From assembly GCA_951406725.2 (NCBI GenBank), contig OX597819.1, forward strand, positions 27,652,001-27,716,000: a stretch of 64,000 nucleotides of DNA, read 5' to 3'. This document shows positions 1 to 11,834 of this stretch, in pieces. The translations under genes and the position numbers were made by a program. Each line of letters begins with the position of its first letter. Within the stretch, counting starts at the first letter, position 1. Under the pieces are notes generated by a model, which made no database searches, had not been told where the DNA came from, and worked only from the letters and a program-made list of their open reading frames with translations. Origin of the DNA: Octopus vulgaris. Taxonomy: Eukaryota.

Positions 1-540
1 CTGGAGCACCGTCTTTCAGTGTTTGGGGGGTCTCATATCGATAGTATTTTCGGGCTCATCTGAGATTTCAGGTAGAAATCTGTCCAGGTGCTTTTTGAAC
101 GTTTCCACATCTATACCTTGCAGATCTCTTAGGTTCCTTGGCAGGGTATTAAACAATTTTGGTCCCCTGAAACCCAAGCTGTTGTAATACAGAGTCCTTC
201 TCTGAGACGATGAAGACGGTATCTTTGGTATTATGCACTGCCGTCCAGTTCGGTGGTTTGTCTAGCTTTTAATTTCGAAGTTGGGAGCTAGACCTTCCAG
301 GATCTTCCATATGTATATCACTGCATACCTTCCTCGCCTTCTCTCCAGGGAGTAGAACTTCAGTTCTTGTAGCCTCTCCTCGAAACTAATGTTTCACCGA
401 GTCAATCTTTTTCGTGTAATGGTGCTGTACTGCCTCAAGTTCTGCCATCAATTTGACCCTATGCGGTGACAACAGTCAGTTGGGAGCAGTAATCTGCACA
501 ACTGAGGACAAATGTCCTCCATAGGAGTAGCAAGGTATCC
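1..540 (-). mobile_element. Decayed CR1/L2-type LINE, ORF2 C-terminal region and start of 3' tail
   Basis: Hand translation of the minus strand across frameshifts gives ...DYCSQL..AELEAVQ..RLQELKFYSLERRRGRYAVIYIWKILEGLAPN...GFRGPKLFNTLP..FKKHLDRFLPEISDEP, typical post-RT sequence of CR1/L2-group LINEs. Truncated by the window edge. Confidence 0.85.
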
Positions 541-553
541 TTATATATATACA

Positions 554-720
554 TAGGCGCAGGAGTGGCTGTGTGGTAAGTAGCTTGTTTACCAACCACA
601 TGGTTCTGGGTTCAGTCCCACTGCGTGCCACCTTGGGCAAGTGTCTTCTACTATAGCCTCGGGCCGACCAATGCCTTGTGAGTGGATTTGGTAGACGGAA
701 ACTGAAAGAAGCCTGTCGTA

Positions 721-787
<67 letters not shown>

Positions 788-996
788 TTGTGTGTCTGTG
801 TTTGTCCCCCTAGCATTGCTTGACAACCGATGCTGGTGTGTTTACGTCCCCGTCACTTAGCGGTTCGGCAAAAGAGACCGATAGAATAAGTACTGGGCTT
901 ACAAAGAATAAGTCCTGGGGTCGATTTGCTCGACTAAAGGCGGTGCTCCAGCATGGCCGCAGTCAAATGACTGAAACAAGTAAAAGAGTAAAAAGA

Positions 997-997
<1 letters not shown>
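554..997 (+). mobile_element. tRNA-derived SINE family A, full length, with internal (TA)n(TG)n tract
   Basis: Head with A-box-like TGGCTGTGTGG and B-box-like GGTTCAGTCCC, central microsatellite, and 3' tail GGCGGTGCTCCAGCATGGCCGCAGTCAAATGACTGAAACAAGTAAAAGAG. More than 10 related copies in the window. Confidence 0.9.
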
Positions 998-1056
<59 letters not shown>

Positions 1057-1263
1057 TAGGTGTGTGTATTCATACATGTATATGCATGTATATCTACGTA
1101 TGTAAGCATATATGTATAGTATGCATACATGTATATTTTTTTTCTTTTTATCACAGTTTATATTGTAACTCCTGGAGTATTGCATGCGTAGTAGGCTTGC
1201 TGCCTACAGCCTACGGTACCATGTTATCTGGGGGGTTTTTCAACTAATACTTACCTGATTATT

Positions 1264-1620
1264 CTAGATGTGCCCAAGGAGGCAAAGCTTTTGCAATAGT
1301 TCTACTGGGCACCCTATTCTAATTTTCTTTATATTCCTCTTCATGCCTTGTTGGATCCCCAAGGCCCCAAGAATAATCGGTACTATCGTTACCTTCTTCA
1401 TTTTCCATAACCGGGCTATTTCGTACTTAAGAGGGTTGTATCTATTTATATTTTCGTCTTCCTTCTTGACTATTCGTGGGTCAAAGGGCCATGTAACATC
1501 AACTACACGGCATATGTGGTGCACGTTGTCCGCCACCACTAGGTCCGGTCCGTTATGCTCCAGCAGATATGCTTGGATTGAGAAATCCCAAAGGATTTTG
1601 CTTGTCTCCCACTTCGCAAC
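1264..1620 (-). mobile_element. R4/Dong-clade LINE fragment, restriction-like endonuclease domain
   Basis: KILWDFSIQ..EHNGPDLVV..VVDVTWPFDPRI.KKE.E.I.RY..LKYEIARLWKMKKVTIVPIILGALG matches the PD..D/KE..K.Y..L..LW REL domain of R4/Dong elements. Confidence 0.85.
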
Positions 1621-1635
1621 TCTCTGGTTTGCGCT

Positions 1636-1830
1636 CCTTTAATCGGGACGGCAAGGCAGCTTTCTTTTGTCTGGTGACTGTGGCGAAAGAGGTTATCTGG
1701 TGGACGAGGCTGAAAGGAATGAGGACAGAAACTTACCTCTTTGGTAGAGCCCTCATCAACTTTTTCAAGTTTCACTTAAAAAGGAAAGTGAGGGTAGAGA
1801 GGGAGGTGCCATCCTCGAGTGAATTAGTGG
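1636..1830 (+). mobile_element. Tx1/L1-type LINE internal fragment (same family as 49404-50708)
   Basis: AKEVIWWTRLKG.RT.T.LFG..LINFFKFHLKRKVRVEREV is clearly homologous to the 49784-50008 minus-strand ORF. Confidence 0.8.
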
Positions 1831-1904
1831 TGGACGAATACAGCAGAAACAAAAAAAAAACTCTTGTGCGTGTGTGTGATGCCGAAACTCTCTTTGCCAA
1901 AAAA

Positions 1905-2225
1905 TATTTGAGTTTTTGTGTTTCTGTTGTATTCGTCCCCCACTAATGGCTGTTGGCTTATTTGTGTCCCGTAATTTAGCAGTTCGGCAAAAGATTCCAT
2001 AGAGGAAGGGCAAGACTGCGTTCAATTTACATTATTTACATTATTTACAATTGACGAATATTTGTCCTCATCCGTCAATTGTAAATAAGGTAAATAATGT
2101 AGATAATTTCTCATCTCTTAAATATAGAACTGCGTTCAGTTTGTTCGACTAAATCCTTCAAGGCGGTGCCCCACCATGGCAGCAGTTCATTGACTGAAAC
2201 AAGTAAAAGATAAAAGATTAAAGCT
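1905..2225 (+). mobile_element. Diverged SINE A 3' half interrupted by a short fold-back insert (2025-2128)
   Basis: SINE A body and tail motifs. Insert has 29-bp inverted arms and is flanked by the direct repeat ACTGCGTTCA (2015-2024, 2129-2138). Confidence 0.7.
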
Positions 2226-2284
2226 AAAAGATATAACGTAAGTTTACATATATACACACACACATATATATACACATGCAAATG

Positions 2285-2319
<35 letters not shown>

Positions 2320-2681
2320 CACAAACATATATATGCATGTATGTAATGTATGTTTATATATAGTACATATCTATATCTATATATATATATATATATATAT
2401 ATACATAAATGTGTGTATGTGCGTGCGTGTGTGTGTGTGTGTGTGTGGATATAAAGATGTATTATCTGTCATCTTATCTGTTGCGCACCTTTCATCATTC
2501 TGCATATTTCACACTTCTTTTTTACTGTCTTGTTTTTAATATCGGTATTTAGGAATGTATGATACATACATTACAAAATATACTCCATAGAAATATACAC
2601 CCCCACACCTAGACACACCACATAAAACGCACGCAACAATCGCACAGCACACACTATCACTATGCACCACATAGTATATGT

Positions 2682-3041
<360 letters not shown>

Positions 3042-3084
3042 TGTATATATATATAGATATATATGTACATACATACATACATAC

Positions 3085-3125
<41 letters not shown>

Positions 3126-3159
3126 CACACACAAACACACACATATATATATGTGTATA

Positions 3160-3242
<83 letters not shown>

Positions 3243-3298
3243 GGAATATAATTCCAAACTTACACCATTGAATTGCTTAATAGAGGTTATTTCTCTTA

Positions 3299-3348
<50 letters not shown>

Positions 3349-4379
3349 CGGTATACGCGAGAACTGAATATTTTATCGCACATTACTGTGTGCAATAAGA
3401 CACAGCACAAATCCACTCAACGCTCACATGAAATATAAATATAACTGATATCACGTATTATACATAGGAGACACGTAACTAATATATAAGGAACAAAACA
3501 TTTATACACACGCAGATACACTCGCAAATACTCACTCAGTATATAGGCATACTGGATGTATACCCATACAGTACTGTATAAGATGCGAAATGCCCATGAT
3601 GCAATGCATACAAACGCTACAAAATGATGTATGTGTATGCCCACAAAACATACACATACATACTGTAGCACATAATGTCCAGAAACTACTTTATAATATG
3701 CAAACACAGTTAACACACACACACACACACACGCCATTCATATAGCTCACAGAATATTCTTTCTATGCATACACACACACGCACACACACGCACACACCA
3801 CGCGAACACACACACACATACATACATGCATATACACATATGCCGGCACAAAATATATATGAGGCACACAGAATGCAATACATTGATACAAAATGCAACA
3901 CACACACACACACATACGATATAAAACTCGAAGCATAAACACGCATACATACACACATACGCACACACACTTTCACACACACAGACACGCACATATTTTT
4001 CACAAATACACACATTTAGAAAAACTCGTGCACACACACACACACATGCATACGCACGCATGTAGTCCCCTCTACGCCACTTCACCAATTCGCTGTCAGC
4101 TATGTTCCTGTTGAGATCAAAAACCAGAAGATGTAAATCTCATTGGGAGAGACTTAATAACGAATCTCTGCCTCTTCAACCAAGCCTCTCTCTCTCCCTC
4201 TCCTTCTCATCTCAATTTCTCTTTCATTTGTCATTATTTATTTATTATGTTCTTCCTACCTTTATCTATTTTATTTATTTATTGCTTTCTTCTCCTTCTT
4301 TCCTTTTTATCTGCATTTATTTATTTATTTACTTCTTTTTATACAAATGTTCATTTATTCATCCATCTACCTTATCTGC

Positions 4380-4960
4380 TAACATTTTCTCATCTTAGTT
4401 TCTAACGTTATTTTATAACACCTTCTAACGTATTTTTTCTAGCATTTACACATTTATTTGTGTTACATCCTGAACATTATTCGCTAACATGCTTTTAACT
4501 CTATCTCCAACACTTTCTAATGCAATTTCAAACATTTTCCAAGGTTATTTTTACTACCAAATCCTAAGCATTAATTTCTGCCAATTTCTAATGTTATTTT
4601 TCTACCGTTATTTTCTAACGCTATTTTCTATCACGTTTTAATAGTATTTTTTTTTTTTTTTTACCTAAGTCTCGCGTTATTTTCTTACAGTTTCAAAAGC
4701 TATTTTCTACGAATTTCTCACGTTATTTCCAACCAATTCCTAACAGTCATTTTCTTTCATCTCTAACGTTGCTTCCGACTAAATTGTAACGTTATTGTAA
4801 CGTTATTTTCTACCAATTTCTGGCGTAATTCTCAATCAGATTCTAACGTTTTCCCAAAAGTTTCTTGCGTTATTTTCTATCTTATTTTCATGTCCGTAAG
4901 TTCCTAAAGTTATTTTCCCACATTTTTTGTATTTCTCTCCGTTTTTCTTATCTAACCTTT
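4380..4960. repeat. Cryptic degenerate minisatellite with TTCTAACGTTATTTT motif
   Basis: Motif and variants recur many times at irregular spacing. Confidence 0.6.
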
Positions 4961-4967
4961 CCCTATT

Positions 4968-5392
4968 TACTCTTTACTCTTTACTCTTTTACTTGTTTCA
5001 GTCATTTGACTGCGGCCATGCTGGAGCACCGCCTTTAGTCGAGCAAATCGACCCCGGGACTTATTCTTTGTAAGCCCAGTACTTATTCTATCGGTCTTTT
5101 TTGCCGAACTGCTAAGTGACGGGGACGTAAACACACTAGCATCGGTTGTCAAGCAATGCTAGGGGGACAAACACAGACACACAAACATATACACACACAC
5201 ACTTATATATATATATATACATATATACGACAGGCTTCTTTCAGTTTCCGTCTACCAAATCCACTCACAAGGCATTGGTTGGCCCGGGGCTATAGCAGAA
5301 GACACTTGCCCAAGATGCCAAGCAGTGGGACTGAACCCAGAACCATGTGGTTGGTTAGCAAGCTACTTACCACACAGCCACTCCTGCGCCTA
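4968..5392 (-). mobile_element. SINE family A, full length
   Basis: Near-identical reverse complement of 554-997. Confidence 0.9.
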
Positions 5393-5703
5393 TATTCTCT
5401 ATATTCTTTTTCCTTCTTTCTCATCTTTCTCACATTCACACATACAAACATTCATTCATGCTCTCATCCTTTTCTTTATTCCGTTGTATTATGAATACTT
5501 CCTTCTTTTCTGTCTTTACTCCCTCTCTCTCCCCTTCTCGCTCGCCCTCACTCACTCACTCTCTCTCTCTCTTCTTCTGTCTTTCTTTCTCTCCCTCTCT
5601 TTTAATTCCATCTGCAATATATTTCTCTCCATGCACCTGTGTTAGCACTCATTCTTTTTTTTAACTATTTATCTATCTATACATCTACTCATCTTCTTAA
5701 CAT

Positions 5704-5762
<59 letters not shown>

Positions 5763-5763
5763 A

Positions 5764-6220
5764 TATATACACGTGCTGTTGGCGATTTCTTTTCGATCTT
5801 TGGACATTTCCCTTTCTACTTTCCGATGAAGAAATATGTTCGAAGCGTCAAATTCTCTCTCTTCACCGAGCGTCAAGCGAATACATTTTTTATGTAGGCC
5901 CTCTTGTTGTGCGAGTGGTTCATTCCATGCCTCAACAATTCTGAGCGTGAAAAAAAAGGTCTCCAAAAGTCATGGGTGCTGTGTTGTGTTTGAGTTTGTA
6001 AGCATGCCCACGAATGTTTGTCATATGGAATTCAAAAGGGTACCCAAGATTGTTGTTGGAAAGATGGTGAGTAATCTTTTGGTTGACTACGAAACACACA
6101 CATATACATGCACGCTCGGTGAAAAGAGAGAGTTTGACGTTTCGAGCATAGCTCTTCATCGGAAAGGGAAAGGGAAAAGTCCAAAGACTGAAAAGAAATC
6201 GCCAACAGCACGTGTATATA
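5764..6220. mobile_element. Penelope-like inverted terminal fragments (5764-5873 / 6112-6220) enclosing a CR1 3' fragment
   Basis: About 110-bp imperfect inverted arms containing CCGATGA-A-GAGC-TAT-GCTC-GAAACGTC. Spacer on the minus strand translates ...RGHAYKL...[11 protein letters not shown], a CR1 ORF2 end. Confidence 0.65.
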
Positions 6221-6233
6221 TTTATATGTATAC

Positions 6234-6311
<78 letters not shown>

Positions 6312-7210
6312 TAAATTATATATACATGTATTATTAAAAAGAAAAGAAAAGAAAAAACTGCACGTATAATACATGACTTAGAGGCAGCGCTGCGGATATA
6401 CCAACACACACGAACTCGCGACATGGACGCCCTTACGCACTTCTCATGAGGAATTCCAGAAGGAGCTTCATGAGACCACTGCAGAGACGCTTCTGAAAAC
6501 AAATTCAGTAACTGTTGGAAAACTGATTATAGCAGTTGTGACTCGATCAATTCCTAGCAATATCTGAAGAAGAAATTTTTATATTCCGAAATATCATATC
6601 AGACTATGACTAATTAAATTAAAGCAATTATAGTCCACTCTGCATTGTTGTGTCATTCAAGACACGTTATATTTCACAAACAACACACAATGCTTCCAGC
6701 GAACTACAATACTCTCGTATAAATGTATATATTTTGCTACCAATATGCATATATTTTTTTTTATCTATTTATCTTTCTATTTCGCTGTCTGTGTATCTTT
6801 TTAACCTTATGTGTGTATGTGTTAATATATCAATTTATCTGTATTTACCTTAATATTATGTTACTCACACACATGCACAGACATAAAACATACACGCACG
6901 CACCCACGGACCTTTTCCCGTTCGTGTCCCCTTTGTTGTTGCCCTGCTTTGTCCTGCTCTCTTTCCATACCTAACCAATTCTATCCATCTATTTGTCTGT
7001 CGAAGCAAATATCTATCGATCAATATATCCATCTGCCCAAGCAATCTAGCAATCTATTTCTTGATCTCTGGTGTTTGAATTTGTGCCATTCAGTTCCTCT
7101 TTCTCTTTCTATCTCTCCCCACAGACAAACACACATACGCACACGCTACACGCACGTTTATATATACCTACATATATATGTACGTACGTATGTCAGTATA
7201 TATGTGTGTA

Positions 7211-7258
<48 letters not shown>

Positions 7259-7261
<3 letters not shown>

Positions 7262-7417
7262 TTTCCGTGTTTCTTTTCTGTGTATCTTTCTGTTGAAGAG
7301 CGTAGGCTCGAAACGTAAAAGACTTGTTTTATTTCTATACCTGAGCGCCATACTTATACAATTGTTTGTTTGTACTCCACCTGCCTTCGTCTTTTGTTTA
7401 TTTTCGTAAAGCTTCCC

Positions 7418-7420
<3 letters not shown>
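7259..7420 (+). mobile_element. Penelope-like terminal-repeat fragment in a (TA)n tract
   Basis: Flanked by TA runs on both sides, homologous to 38068-38258, carries a hammerhead-like motif. Confidence 0.65.
7285..7322 (+). ncRNA. Minimal type-I hammerhead-like motif (A6U variant)
   Basis: TCTTT-CTGTTGA-A-GAGC-GTAG-GCTC-GAAA-CG-TA-AAAGA: 5-bp stem I, 4-bp stem II, palindromic mini stem III. Confidence 0.55.
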
Positions 7421-7480
<60 letters not shown>

Positions 7481-7804
7481 CTGTGTATGTGTATGTATAT
7501 GTGTATGCATAAATTTATAGAGAGGGTGAATGGGGAGGAGAGAAGGAGAAGAATGAAAATCGGAAGGAAAGAACATAACTGGAAAGATACCGTTTCATTT
7601 GTATCTCTGCGAAATATATATTCACATTTCACTAGCCATGTGAATCCTCAACAAGTTCCCTGAAAACAGCTTATTCTCCACTTATGACGGAATTGTTTGT
7701 TTTTTTCATGATGATGATGATGACGATGACGATGACGATGATAATAATTATGGTTTCAAGTTTTGGCTCAAATCCAGCAATTTAGGAGTAAAATGTAAAT
7801 CTAT

Positions 7805-8060
7805 TGGCTGTGTGGTAAGTAGCTGGCTTACCAACCACATGGTTCCGAGTTCAGTCCCACTGCCTGGCAACTTGGGCAAGTGTCTTCTACTATAGCTTCG
7901 GGTCGACTAAAGCCCCGTAACTTAGCGGTTCGGCAAAAGATACCGACAGAATAAGTACTAGGCTTACAAAGAATAAGTCCTGGGGTCGATTTACTCGACT
8001 AAAGGCGGTGCATCAGCATGGCCGCTGTCAAATGACTGAAACAAGTAAAAGAGTAAAGAG
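7805..8060 (+). mobile_element. SINE family A, internally deleted
   Basis: Head and tail of family A joined without the microsatellite. Confidence 0.85.
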
Positions 8061-8062
8061 AG

Positions 8063-8214
8063 ACCCCAGTGCTCAACTGGTATTTATTTTATCGACCCTG
8101 AAAGGATGAAAAACAAAGTCGACCTCGTCGGAATTTGAGCTCAGAACGTAAAGACGGACGAAATGCCGCTAAGCACTTATGCCCTGCGTGCTAACGATTC
8201 TGCCACCTCGCCAT
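8063..8214 (-). mobile_element. tRNA-derived SINE family B (Meta-core-like)
   Basis: Reverse complement of the head and core of 8292-8528. Confidence 0.8.
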
Positions 8215-8291
8215 CTAAATAGTATTTTTATTACCCCCCCCCCCCCCCAAAAAAAGAGCATAATGATGGTAGAGGATCAATCAGGTATATT

Positions 8292-8528
8292 AAGGCGGCG
8301 AGCTGGCAGAAACGTTAGCACGCCGGGCGAAATGCTTATCGGTATTTCGTCTGCCGTTACGTTGTGAGTTCAAATTCCGCCGAGGTCGATTTTGCCTTTC
8401 ATCCTTTCGGGGTCGATAAATTAAGTACCAGTTACGCACTTGGGTCAATGTAATCGACTTAATACCTATGCCTGTCCTTGTTTATCCTCTCTATGTTTAG
8501 CCCCTTGTGGGTAATAAAGAAATAGGTA
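8292..8528 (+). mobile_element. tRNA-derived SINE family B (Meta-core-like)
   Basis: AGCTGGCAGAAACGTTAGC head, GAGTTCAAATTCC B-box, core TTGCCTTTCATCCTTTCGGGGTCGATAAATTAAGTACCAG resembling, from memory, the MetaSINE conserved domain. Many copies. Confidence 0.8.
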
Positions 8529-8559
8529 TATAGTCAGAAGAAAAATCGCTTAGGATTTG

Positions 8560-9056
8560 TAATCAAAAACTGTTATTGAACTCATGCTGTTTCAAGTGAA
8601 AATAACTGGCAGAGTCAGAAACGATACTTGCGAGGAGACAGAGAAAAAAAAATGGAAGGAAAACGAAGGGAAATTGAGTGACGAAAAATAAATGTACGAG
8701 CAGTTTGCGAGAGACGTGAGCAAGAATACAGGTGTCAGTAGAAGGTAGCACTAGCTGAGGAAGAGTAACTTGAAGCCAGAGACAGAAGCGCTCTTCTGTA
8801 CACCACAGGAGCAAGTACTAAGATAAATTATACCAAACGCAGGATTGCTAATAAAGCAGTGACAAATGCAGGTTGTGCGGTGATAAAGGTGGGACTGTAT
8901 GGCATATTGTGGATGAATATACGAAGCTGGCCCAAAATGAATAGAAAAGAAAACACTGGAAGATGTGTGGCAAGTACAGATTGAATGGAGCAAAGACATG
9001 GTATGGGAAAACCCGCAGAAAGAGTAATCGAGACACAGAATGAAGTCGAAATCCAG
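8560..9056 (+). mobile_element. R4/Dong-clade LINE fragment (zinc-knuckle region), pseudogenised
   Basis: Frameshifted translation ..QFARDV..LRKSNLKPETEALFC..QEQVL..Y.KRRI...DKCRLCGDK..TVWHIV...TKLAQ.E..RKH..WKMCGKY. Confidence 0.8.
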
Positions 9057-9581
9057 CAGTCTCAAAGTCCCCTTATATCAGTTAATTATGTTTGTTTTGC
9101 TCACACATCGTTCAAAGATGGAATTTGTTCCCTGGAGACGAAAAACAACAGTAATTGAGCATTTACATCGAAAGTGTCAGAACGTATTAAGAATGAGTAG
9201 CTATATCATCAACTGGATTCTCGCTTTTCTACTGGAAGGCCATGAAATAATAGAGATAATTTCTTAGAATAAATAACAGAATAATAAAAACTCACAATAA
9301 TTAAAATTACATCTATATTTTAAAAATTAAACTTTATTAATACGTATCGTTTCTACCATACCACTTTCACATTATCATAAGATTTTTTTAAGAGGCCAAG
9401 ATCTTTCGTAAGGAGTTCTTAAATTTGAGTGTGCGAATAAGGGTCCACATTCAGTAGGAAGCTAGCGGGTACGATATAGTGAACACTTAAAAAATTTAGC
9501 TCCTATGTTTATATATATATATATACAATATCTGTTTTAACACACGATTTCGCATCAGGAATCTTGCAAAAGAAATCGATA

Positions 9582-9647
<66 letters not shown>

Positions 9648-9683
9648 TACATACATACATACATACATACATACATACATACA

Positions 9684-9717
<34 letters not shown>

Positions 9718-10056
9718 CATATATATATATTGACGTAATTTGACCTCAGCACTTCTTGTAAAACAAATCTTCGCATATTTCATACATGGGTTTTATCAAT
9801 TCTTTGTTAGCCAAGGGAAGGGTTGAGATGTGCTTTCTCTTGCACATTTTATTGCTTTTTAGATTTTTTTCTTTGTTGGAGTAAGTCAACGATTTTGCAA
9901 AAATCTACCGGTCTCCTTCGGCCACCCTTTGGTTCTTATACTCAAAAATTAATGAGAACGCACTATTGTGAGGAAGATCCACCATTTCATTTACTTCCCG
10001 ATATCGTTGTTGCTGTTGTGAGTTATTCTCTCTTTGTCTGTCTCTCTGTCTGTCTG

Positions 10057-10108
<52 letters not shown>

Positions 10109-10473
10109 TCAATCTTCCATACAGTTGCATTGCCGGTAATTTCTAAGGAAGGGAGCTTTGTGGTTTTCGGACGGTCACTCGAAAATGAGGACGGAGCAGT
10201 TTCCTACGATGGTGCTGCTTGATGCCATGACACCGTTTTGGAAGTAGTAATCTCTGTTGTTTGTTATAGTTGTTGTTGATTGTCTTATTTCAAACTTTTT
10301 GAGCAAAATGCCCTTAAATGGTTTTTACTGCTATACGTATAGCAACGAGGGATTCTGTGCCAGTTGTTCAATCTTAATTCTTTCCTCTCGGAAGTCACAA
10401 GAACTTGTATGTCCATGGCGGCCGCACTATCCACTAAATATTATGTCCGTACCGACAATCTACTGATATTGCA

Positions 10474-10706
10474 TCACGCAAGCGACCACGTGCCAGGGCT
10501 CGATGTCGTCATCGATGACTCGGTGGTAACCATTGCGTTTCTTCTCAAAGATTGTGGGATCAATTCATGGTCAGATGGGTCATATACTACCTGGGCTTGT
10601 GTTTTGCTCCCGTCATCAGTTTTACAGACACAGCGTATGGTACTATACGTTCTGCTTCTCCTATTGAAGATTTTACTCCACATCTCTGTGAGTTCTTCCA
10701 GTTGGT
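10474..10706 (-). CDS. Candidate terminal coding exon of an unidentified minus-strand gene
   Basis: Non-repetitive island. Acceptor ttattttccttgtattgtctaaAG, then an open frame to TGA (DQLEELTEMWSKIFNRRSRTYSTIRCVCK...PGTWSLA*), with minus-strand AATAAA at 9848-9853. No homology recognised. Confidence 0.35.
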
Positions 10707-10812
10707 CTTTAGACAATACAAGGAAAATAACATACAAGTATGTTAATTTTCTCTTTTCTCATTTTTGTTTAGCAAGTTTTACATAGAGGGGAAAAAAGGA
10801 TTTTGGTAAACC

Positions 10813-10986
10813 AAGGCGCAGCTCAGGCATGGTTGTGTGGTTAAGAAACTTGCTTACACGTGATTACGGGTTCAGTGCCACTGCGCGGCACTTTGTGTTT
10901 TCAGGTGTCTACTATACCCCACTGTCCGATCAATACCATTTGAGTGAATTTAGCAGACGGAAACTGTATGGAAACCCGTTGTATAG

Positions 10987-11023
<37 letters not shown>

Positions 11024-11195
11024 AGGCAGTCATCGAAATTTTTGTTTGTCTTGTTGAGAGAGGCTCCCTTTCTTTCCTGATGAGAATATTGCATAGTGCA
11101 TCCTTTATTCCTTTGGAATGAAACCATGTTGTCTTCGAAACATATGTCGAGAGTAAAGGAATTTTGTTAACATCTTCGTTCGACTCCATTCTTTC

Positions 11196-11265
<70 letters not shown>

Positions 11266-11525
11266 ATATATATATATACAAATATATATATATTTATATA
11301 TGTATATATGTATGTGTGTGTGTGTCTTCGTGTTTGTTCCCACCACGCTTGACAACTGACGTTGGTTATTTACGTTCCTGTAACTAACCCATTCGGCAAA
11401 ATAGACCGATACAAAAAGTACCAAACTTAAAAACAAGTCCTGGGGCCGATTTGCTCAGCTAAACCATTAAAGGCGGTACCCCCAGCATGGCTGCAGTTCA
11501 AAGACTGAACAAATAAAAGATAAGG
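10813..11525 (+). mobile_element. Diverged SINE A with a foreign insert (about 11020-11195) in its internal microsatellite
   Basis: Head at 10813-10985 and tail at 11310-11525. Confidence 0.7.
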
Positions 11526-11834
11526 GAGGCTTTGGAACATTTGCATACCAAGCCCCGTTTACGAGGTTAGTCTCGTTCGGTAGAGAGAAAAATTATGTGG
11601 TAGCTCGTCGAAGGGGCTAGTTCTATTGCTCAAGGCGGGATCGAGCAGATTTAATCAGCCACCCATTTCTACAGTGCTACCTGGCCCTTGTAAGTCATAT
11701 ATAACGCGAGGGAATTATTATTCTATGCAGACAGTATTGAGTTCATCAACAAGTATCGATCTTCTTAGAATCGATCAAACTAAACATCGGCCATCATCGA
11801 CCTCATCAGCCTTGGACCAACAAGGAGTACAGTC

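Noticed and set aside
10125-10222. Plus-strand terminal exon after the (CT)n tract
   Set aside because: The pyrimidine tract is just a microsatellite, the ORF is short, and it conflicts with the better minus-strand candidate.
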